Source: Candidatus Brocadiia bacterium
GTDB taxonomy: Bacteria > Planctomycetota > Brocadiia > SM23-32
Reading direction: 5' to 3'
NCBI GenBank assembly: GCA_046538485.1
Contig: JBKHIT010000038.1
Coordinates: forward strand, 1 to 46,001
Length of the DNA: 46,001 nt
Under the pieces are notes generated by a model that searched no databases, was not told the DNA's origin, and was given only the letters and a program-made list of their open reading frames with translations. A program made the position numbers and the translations under genes. Shown here in pieces: positions 39,315 through 46,001 of the stretch. How positions within the stretch are numbered: the first letter of the stretch is position 1; every line of letters starts with the position of its first letter.

Positions 39315-42300
39315 ATGGCTGATTTTTGCCACCTGCACGTTCACACTGAATACAGCCTGCTGGACGGAGCTTGTCGAATCGACAAGGTTGCCGAAAAAGC
39401 AGTAGAAATGGGTATGCCGGCCGTTGCAATGACGGACCACGGGAATATGTTCGGTGCCGTATCTTTCCATAAAACGATGAACAAGCACGGCGTAAAACCG
39501 ATCATAGGCTACGAAGGGTACCTCACTCTGGGAAACCGCACCGATAGATCGTATGGAGGCGGGCAACAGGATCTGTATCATCTTACACTGCTGGCACGCA
39601 ACCAGACCGGATATCAGAATCTTCTCAAACTGACCAGTCTTGCCTATACGGAAGGACTTTATTACAAACCTCGAATGGATCAGGAACTCCTCGAAAATTG
39701 CGCTGAGGGAATCATTTGCCTGACAGGTTGCTTGAAAAGCCGACTTAACGATCTTCTCCTGGCGGATGCTCCGGACGAAGCACGGAAATGGCTCGCGGAA
39801 ATGCAGGGCATTTTCGGCCCGGAGTATTTCTTTGTTGAGATCCAGGACCATGGCCTTGAGGAACAAAAACGGGTCCTTCCGAAAGCCGTGCAAATGGCCC
39901 GGGATATGGACATACCGGTTGTGGCCACCAATGACTCTCACTACCTCGAAGCCAAAGACCGGGAAGCCCATGACGTTCTGCTCTGCATAAGCACCCGCAG
40001 TACTCTGGACGACCCCGACCGTTTTCGCATGGACAGCGGTGAGATTTATTTCAAAAGTCCTGAAGAAATGGCCGAGCGTTTTTCGGACTATCCTGATGCT
40101 TTGAGCAACACGTTACGAATCGCGGAAATATGCGAAGTCCAACTCGACGAAAGTCCAAAATTCCCCGCCTTTGAACGGGGAGATATCGATGACAATGCCA
40201 AACACCTCCGCGAACTTGCCCATCAAGGTCTGGAAGGCAGATACGGCGGCATCCCTGACGAGATGGAGGAAAGGCTGAATCACGAACTCGACATCATCGA
40301 GCAAATGGGCTATGTCGACTATTTTTTGATTGTGTGGGATTTTGTCCGTTTCGCCCGGGAAGAAGAAATACCCGTCGGCATGAGGGGAAGTGGTTCATCC
40401 AGTGTCGTGGCTCATGCGCTCGGTCTCACAGATTTCAACCCGATGGATTATGATCTGATTTTCAGTCGGTTTCTTGATCCCGAGCGCCGGGAGCAACCCG
40501 ATATCGATATCGATCTCTGCGAGCGGCGGCGGGAAGAAGTCATCGATTACGTGCGGCAGCAATATGGCGAAAACAGCACCGCACAGATCATTACGTTCGG
40601 GACCCTGATGGCCCGCAACTGCGTTCGAGACGTCGGCCGGGTGCTCGATATCTCTCTGGATAAAGTCGACGGTCTTGCAAAGATGATCCCCACCGGTCCG
40701 GGCTATACGCTCGAAAAAGGACTGGAAGAAGCCCCTGAGTTGCGGAAAAAAGCCCGCAACGATGAAGACGTGGAACAACTCCTTGAGTACGCTCTTCAAC
40801 TGGAAGGTTTGCCGCGTCACGCCAGCACCCACGCCGCGGGTGTTGTCATCGCTGACAAACCACTCTGGGAACTTGTCCCACTCTATAAATCTGGCGATGG
40901 GGCTGTGATGACCCAGTGGGCAATGGATGATCTTGAGAAAATGGGAATGCTGAAGATGGATTTTTTGGGCCTCAATACACTTACCATCATTCAGCAAACC
41001 CTTGATCTGATCGAAGACGGTGGGGAGACGCCCCCCGATCTTGACGCCGCTGAACTGGATCTGGAGGACGAACAGACTTACAAACTGCTTGGGGAAGGTC
41101 GTACAAAAGGGGTTTTCCAGTTCGGCAGTCAGGGAATGCAGCAGCTGTTGCGACGTCTCCAACCGAACTGCATGGAAGATCTTATCGCCGTTGTTGCCCT
41201 TTACCGACCGGGCCCGCTCAAAAGCGGAATGGTCGAAGATTTTATCGACCGAAAACACGGGCGCGCCCAAATCGAATATCCTCATCCCGATTTTGAACCC
41301 GTGCTCAAACCCACCTATGGGGTCATCGTCTATCAAGAACAAATCATGCGAATGGCCCATGAGATCGCGGGGATGAGCATGGCCCAGGCCCTGACGATGA
41401 TCAAGGCCATCAGTAAGAAAAAAGCCAGTGTTATTGACAAAGCGAGCCAGGACTTTATCGACGGCGCTGTGAAAAACGGCCTCGATCGTGATACCGCCAC
41501 TAATATCTACGAACTGATCAGCCATTTTGCCGGCTACGGGTTCAACAAAGCCCATGCCTCTGCTTATGCTTTTGTTGCCTACCGGACTGCTTTTCTTAAA
41601 GCCCATTATCCCACAGAGTTTATGGCCGGCAGCATTTCCTGTGAAATGGGCGATACCGATAAGGTCGTGGGCCTGATGGAAGAATGCAAAAGTCTCGGGA
41701 TTGAGGTCCTGCCACCGGATATCAACGAAAGCAAAGTAGATTTTACTGTCATTGAAGACGGGACAATCCGTTTCGGCTTTGGAGCGGTCAAAAACGTCGG
41801 CACGGGAGCCGCCGAATGTATTATTGAAGAAAGGCAGGAAAACGGGCCATACCGAAGCATCTTCGAATTCTGTGAACGCGTAGATCCTCACCAGGTAGGC
41901 AAAGGTGCCGTTGAAGCACTCATGAAAGGCGGTTGTTTTGACGAGTTGCCGGGACGGCGTTCCCAGCAGCTCGCCGTCCTTGAGCGCGCAATAAAAGCCG
42001 GCGCAAAAGCCCAGCAGAATCGGGCCATGGGACAAACGGGTCTCTTCGGAAAAGACGATATAGACCCGGAGACCCGGGCCGAGCTCAATCTTCCCGATTC
42101 TCCCCCCTACTCGCCGATGAAACTGGCAAAACAAGAATCCGAGGCGCTTGGACTCTACGTCCGCCACGATCCCCTCCAGGAACACCGGGCCAGACTCCGA
42201 CGTCTCACCAGTAACACCAGCGACCAGCTCGAGGCTATGGAAGATAACACCCGCGTCGTGGTCGGGGGCATCGTCGAAAATATCAAAAAACGTCGGCTCA

Positions 42301-42791
42301 AAGATAAACGTCAGATGGCGGTTTTGAAAGTCCTTGATGTAAAAGGCACGCTTGAGTGTGTGTTATGGCCGGAAACCCGGGAAGAACACGAAGACCTGAT
42401 TAATTCGGAGGACGTGCTGCTGTTCCGGGGACAGGTTAGCCAACGGCGTGGCACAAGTGTGATAATCGATGATGTGCTTCCACTACAACGCGCCGCTGAA
42501 CGTCTCGTCGGCGCTGTCCTTGTCCAAATCCCCTGCCGGGAAGCCGGAAGACCTCTCTGGACAGATCTCCAGGATGTTTTTGCCCGCAGCGAAGGGCAAA
42601 TTCCCGTGTATTTTGATCTTGTCGGAGATGATATGACACTTCGTTGCGAAAAATCCAGGGGTAATGGGGTTGCCGCATCGGAACGGCTCGCCGCTGAGAT
42701 AGAAGATTTACTGGGGGAAGGGACCGTATTCTTCAGCGTCGAAACCGACAAATCCAAAAAAAGGTCAAAAAAACAGAAAGGAACGGGATGA
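39315..42791 (+). CDS. dnaE: DNA polymerase III alpha subunit
   Basis: GGAGG RBS; HLHVHTEYSLLDG, TDHGN, TNDSHY, PDIDID, HAAGVVI, KMDFLGL, YGFNKAH, clamp motif QTGLF, OB fold; no intein. Confidence 0.98.
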   Translation: MADFCHLHVHTEYSLLDGACRIDKVAEKAVEMGMPAVAMTDHGNMFGAVSFHKTMNKHGVKPIIGYEGYLTLGNRTDRSYGGGQQDLYHLTLLARNQTGYQNLLKLTSLAYTEGLYYKPRMDQELLENCAEGIICLTGCLKSRLNDLLLADAPDEARKWLAEMQGIFGPEYFFVEIQDHGLEEQKRVLPKAVQMARDMDIPVVATNDSHYLEAKDREAHDVLLCISTRSTLDDPDRFRMDSGEIYFKSPEEMAERFSDYPDALSNTLRIAEICEVQLDESPKFPAFERGDIDDNAKHLRELAHQGLEGRYGGIPDEMEERLNHELDIIEQMGYVDYFLIVWDFVRFAREEEIPVGMRGSGSSSVVAHALGLTDFNPMDYDLIFSRFLDPERREQPDIDIDLCERRREEVIDYVRQQYGENSTAQIITFGTLMARNCVRDVGRVLDISLDKVDGLAKMIPTGPGYTLEKGLEEAPELRKKARNDEDVEQLLEYALQLEGLPRHASTHAAGVVIADKPLWELVPLYKSGDGAVMTQWAMDDLEKMGMLKMDFLGLNTLTIIQQTLDLIEDGGETPPDLDAAELDLEDEQTYKLLGEGRTKGVFQFGSQGMQQLLRRLQPNCMEDLIAVVALYRPGPLKSGMVEDFIDRKHGRAQIEYPHPDFEPVLKPTYGVIVYQEQIMRMAHEIAGMSMAQALTMIKAISKKKASVIDKASQDFIDGAVKNGLDRDTATNIYELISHFAGYGFNKAHASAYAFVAYRTAFLKAHYPTEFMAGSISCEMGDTDKVVGLMEECKSLGIEVLPPDINESKVDFTVIEDGTIRFGFGAVKNVGTGAAECIIEERQENGPYRSIFEFCERVDPHQVGKGAVEALMKGGCFDELPGRRSQQLAVLERAIKAGAKAQQNRAMGQTGLFGKDDIDPETRAELNLPDSPPYSPMKLAKQESEALGLYVRHDPLQEHRARLRRLTSNTSDQLEAMEDNTRVVVGGIVENIKKRRLKDKRQMAVLKVLDVKGTLECVLWPETREEHEDLINSEDVLLFRGQVSQRRGTSVIIDDVLPLQRAAERLVGAVLVQIPCREAGRPLWTDLQDVFARSEGQIPVYFDLVGDDMTLRCEKSRGNGVAASERLAAEIEDLLGEGTVFFSVETDKSKKRSKKQKGTG

Positions 42792-43273
42792 GAGTCCTCG
42801 GGGTCGACCCAGGAACCCGAATTTGCGGCTACGGAATCATTGAGGCCAATGGCGCCGACCTCAAAGCGGTCGACTACGGTGTTGTAAAAGCTTCGAAAAA
42901 AGAATCGCTGGCGCAAAGGCTTCAAATAATCCATACAGCCTTGAAGACAATAATTGAGAAACATGAGCCAGATGTCGTCGCCGTTGAAGGTGCCTTCTAC
43001 GGAGTGAATGCGCGCACGGCCATCAAAATCGGGGAAGCCCGAGGGGTTGCCCTGCTAGCCGCAACATCAGCCGATCTGGAAGCTGCCGAATATCCACCGG
43101 CGACCGTCAAAAAAGCTGTCGCAGGTAATGGACGGGCGCAAAAATCCCAGGTCCAGAAAATGGTTCAGCTCGAATTGTCTTTGCCCGAACTTCCTTCTCC
43201 CCAGGATGCCTCCGATGCTCTCGCCATCGCCATCTGTCACTGTCATCGGCAACGATTTAAAGACCTAACCTGA
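42788..43273 (+). CDS. ruvC: Holliday junction resolvase RuvC
   Basis: VLGVDPG..GYG, VAVE, GEARG, KKAVAGNG.A.K.QV, DASDALAIA; ATGA overlap with dnaE. Confidence 0.97.
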   Translation: MRVLGVDPGTRICGYGIIEANGADLKAVDYGVVKASKKESLAQRLQIIHTALKTIIEKHEPDVVAVEGAFYGVNARTAIKIGEARGVALLAATSADLEAAEYPPATVKKAVAGNGRAQKSQVQKMVQLELSLPELPSPQDASDALAIAICHCHRQRFKDLT

Positions 43274-43942
43274 TTACATCTCTGCCACGGCATCTCGCAC
43301 TGCCAGGCCGAATTCTTCGGCGCTTTCCGGGCCATCTGCCGTGATGATTCGCCCGTCCTTTTCCACAGCTGCCCCTGTATACTCCGCACCTTTTGCCTTG
43401 AGCGTCTCCGAAACGCTCTTGTAACATGTCGCTTTTTTCCCTTCCAGCAAACCGGCGTTCGCGAGAATAGCTGGCGCAATGCAGATTGCTCCGACAATAT
43501 TACCTGCTTCGTACGAAAAATTGGCAATGTTGTGAGCCTCCTCATCCTCGAAATAGGTCTTGGCTCCACTCCCGCCGACAAAAATGACGGCGTCATAGCC
43601 ACCAGCCGCGATATCTTCCAGGGCCACATCAGGGGTTACTTTAACCTTGCCCAGCATACCAACGGCTTCGGATATCTCTCGGGATGCGATAACAACTTTT
43701 GCCCCTGCCTCCTGGAAAATTCTTTTCGGCTGCGCAAGCTCTTCGTCACGGAAATCATTCGGAGCTATAACCATTAAAATTGCTTTGTCTTCAAGCATTA
43801 CACTTTTGTCCATGTTTTTCTCCCTGGCTTCCGATGAACCGTTCCCGTCCTTCGAACAAGCTCCAACTGTCACAATAAAAGTACACACCAAACAAAACAA
43901 CAAAACGGTTCTAATTTTTCGCATCGACGTGATTCTCGTCAT
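43274..43942 (-). CDS. DJ-1/PfpI family protein with a putative lipoprotein signal
   Basis: FRDEE, YDAVIFVGG.G, GAICIAP (nucleophile Cys), DGRIITADGP; GAGGAG RBS before ATG 43942; lipobox-like VGAC. Confidence 0.9.
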   Translation of the reverse strand: MTRITSMRKIRTVLLFCLVCTFIVTVGACSKDGNGSSEAREKNMDKSVMLEDKAILMVIAPNDFRDEELAQPKRIFQEAGAKVVIASREISEAVGMLGKVKVTPDVALEDIAAGGYDAVIFVGGSGAKTYFEDEEAHNIANFSYEAGNIVGAICIAPAILANAGLLEGKKATCYKSVSETLKAKGAEYTGAAVEKDGRIITADGPESAEEFGLAVRDAVAEM

Positions 43943-44017
43943 CCTGATTTGCTCCTCACAGGAAAAATGGTTTTGAGCACTTTTCAAATGCTGCGAAGGA
44001 ATTCGCCCTTGAGACAC

Positions 44018-44332
44018 TCAGTGCTTATCTTCCTCGTTTTCCTTTTCTTTATCTTGATCGCTTTTTTCCGCCTCAACGACCGCCTCGGCCGTTTCCACCA
44101 CCTCCCCCACACGGTGGGAAACGAGGGCCACGACCTCCTCAGTTCCCCGCTCATCCAGTTCCTGAATCAATTCCTGAACTTTGGCTGGTTCACCGCGTAT
44201 GGTGTACAGAATCATGTCGCCCCTGCGATATGCCTGCAGGCCCACAGAAACATCAAGCGGTGAATACAAAGGCACCAGAGAAACGCTGCTGTCTTGCCTC
44301 TCGTCAGCTTCGGATTTCTTTTCTTGGGCCAT
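44018..44332 (-). CDS. Hypothetical acidic protein
   Basis: 104-aa ORF with protein-like composition, co-oriented with the DJ-1 gene. Confidence 0.65.
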   Translation of the reverse strand: MAQEKKSEADERQDSSVSLVPLYSPLDVSVGLQAYRRGDMILYTIRGEPAKVQELIQELDERGTEEVVALVSHRVGEVVETAEAVVEAEKSDQDKEKENEEDKH

Positions 44333-44447
44333 TTTACTTCTGGGGAATAAAAATATTGATTTCCCGGCTGGGTAAGCATACTATCTTAAGAAACCTTGAT
44401 TATACATCCCCTGAGAGCCATGAACAAGTTTTTCGGAGGCCAAAAGT

Positions 44448-44477
44448 TTGACCGACCCCTGAAACTACCGCTAAGAT
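44448..44477 (+). promoter_or_regulatory. Putative sigma70 promoter of the methyltransferase
   Basis: TTGACC-18 bp-TAAGAT, 40 bp before ATG 44518. Confidence 0.45.
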
Positions 44478-44517
44478 GCCAACCTGAGAAAGCCTTACCG
44501 AACGGGTTTCAACTCTG

Positions 44518-45342
44518 ATGTCTCAACACCAAATCATTTTGGCCGATAGTCGTCGCATGCCAGAACTCGCGGATGAATCCGTGCATCTGGCCGTAACCTC
44601 CCCGCCCTACTGGTCCATCAAAGATTATGCCCGTCCCGACCAGATCGGCTACAACCAGGAATACAAACCCTATCTGGAAAGCCTCCATCGGGTCCTTGCG
44701 GAAACCCACCGCGTCCTGTATCCCGGCTGCCGAGCCGCCATCAATATCGGCGACCAGTATCTGCGCGCCAAAGATCACGGCCGTTACAGGGTGCAGCCAA
44801 TTCCGGCCGATATTGTTGGCCACGCCAGAGAAATCGGATTCGATTTCATGGGCAATATCATATGGCAGAAGATATCCACCACCAGAACAACCGGCGGAGG
44901 TGCATGGATGGGGTCCACCTACTGGCCGCGAGACGGCCATATTACCTACGAACACGAATATATCATCCTGCTGCGCAAACAAGGAGATTGGCCAAAACCC
45001 ACGCCTGAACAGAAAAAGAAAAGCCGTCTCACCAAACAACAACGCAGCGATTGGTTCCGCGGGATCTGGCGGATCCCGCCCGATTCTCAAAATGACCACT
45101 CCGCCAAATTTCCCGTCGAAATCCCGCGCCGCCTCATCATGATGTACAGTTTCTGGGGCGAAACTGTCCTCGACCCTTTCCTCGGAAGCGGCACAACCGC
45201 CCTCGCCGCCCAGCAGACCGGCCGTAACTCGGTTGGATACGAAATAAACCCCGATTTCAAACCCCTGATCTGCGACAAAATCCGTTCGGGCGACGGTCTT
45301 TTCAATGACCCACCTGACATCACACTCACGACCCGCAGCTGA
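44518..45342 (+). CDS. Beta-class site-specific DNA methyltransferase (N4-cytosine/N6-adenine family)
   Basis: Motif IV VTSPPY precedes motif I VLDPFLGSGTT; HSAKFP; GYEIN. Confidence 0.93.
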   Translation: MSQHQIILADSRRMPELADESVHLAVTSPPYWSIKDYARPDQIGYNQEYKPYLESLHRVLAETHRVLYPGCRAAINIGDQYLRAKDHGRYRVQPIPADIVGHAREIGFDFMGNIIWQKISTTRTTGGGAWMGSTYWPRDGHITYEHEYIILLRKQGDWPKPTPEQKKKSRLTKQQRSDWFRGIWRIPPDSQNDHSAKFPVEIPRRLIMMYSFWGETVLDPFLGSGTTALAAQQTGRNSVGYEINPDFKPLICDKIRSGDGLFNDPPDITLTTRS

Positions 45343-45381
45343 CGTCTCATCTCGTTCAGACAGGCTCCGTCGATTCCGATT

Positions 45382-45947
45382 TAAGCGGCTTTGGATAAGT
45401 TTCCTAAGGTTTCAAAGTGGATGTCAATCACATTACCCCCTTTTGACGCAAGTTTTCGACACGCCTTGCAAGTGGCTTCCATCAGGCGCTGCAAGGTGCC
45501 GAGACAGGTATTCCATAGTCCAGGAACTGAAAGGATATCCCAAATCGCGGGGGGCTTTTTGCAGTGTGCTCTCAAGAATTCCCATATATTCCTCGTCGGC
45601 CTTGGGCGGTCGGCCGGACCGGGAGGCAGTGCGCAGCCCCTCCAGACCCTCTTTTTCATACCAGTCGATCCACTTTCTTATCGTGTCACGCTGCACATCA
45701 ATAACCTCGGCGATTTCTGGCACACTCCAGTCCTTTCCACTCAACCAGATCGCCCGCACGCGCCGAACCTCTTTTGCTTTCTGCCAGCTTTTCAGAGTTC
45801 GATTGAGTTCCCCGCGCTCCGCTTCGCTCAGATCATGCACATACTTCATGAGATTTCCCTCCGCATCCGGAATACTGATTCTTTACCCATGAAAGTCGAT
45901 CGCGGAGGCGAAAATCAAACGCATACGCACTTACCTGAAACCGCTTA
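45382..45947 (-). mobile_element. Internally deleted IS630-family element
   Basis: Imperfect terminal inverted repeats TAAGCGGCTTTGGATAAGT / TAAGCGGTTTCAGGTAAGT (15 of 19 match, TA ends); HTH ORF 45433-45849 (EGLEGL..RSGRPPK, WT..L); DDE domain absent. Confidence 0.85.
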
Positions 45948-46001
45948 GTGTTCCTGAAGGGAGAATCTCCCTCGTAGCAGTCAAGGAAGATGAGCCTGCT
46001 G

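Noticed and set aside
40395..42185. Long antisense ORFs (596 aa here; also 36151-37353, 16675-17940, 24589-25512)
   Set aside because: They lie opposite well-supported coding frames and have no recognisable motifs; typical shadow ORFs in GC-rich DNA
39315..42791. Intein or error-prone DnaE2/ImuABC cassette
   Set aside because: Length and motifs fit an uninterrupted replicative DnaE with a clamp-binding motif; no imuA/imuB adjacent

Overview
Bacterial chromosomal region of moderately high GC, with many acidic proteins. A prepilin/H-X9-DG (DUF1559-type) gene, a BlaR1-like gene, a sulfatase and several Gfo/Idh/MocA genes suggest a Planctomycetota/PVC-like organism (inference). Housekeeping genes: a shikimate kinase-chorismate synthase fusion, an atypical type IA topoisomerase preceded by a 63-aa ORF, and dnaE-ruvC. 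Many carbohydrate-active and redox genes: GH92, PL26/YetA-like, GH84-like, GH43/32-like propellers, four Gfo/Idh/MocA, FAD oxidoreductase, B12 radical SAM. Also an orphan SPPY-type DNA methyltransferase and an internally deleted IS630 that retains both terminal repeats. Two window-wide patterns stand out. (1) Intergenic spacers are filled with several families of modular palindromic REP/REPIN-like elements showing compensatory stem changes. (2) At least eight gene remnants look truncated or internally deleted, several apparently joined at short overlaps or at a repeat boundary. No rRNA, tRNA, CRISPR array, prophage or complete defence system was recognised. All family calls come from motif recognition by eye, not database searches.
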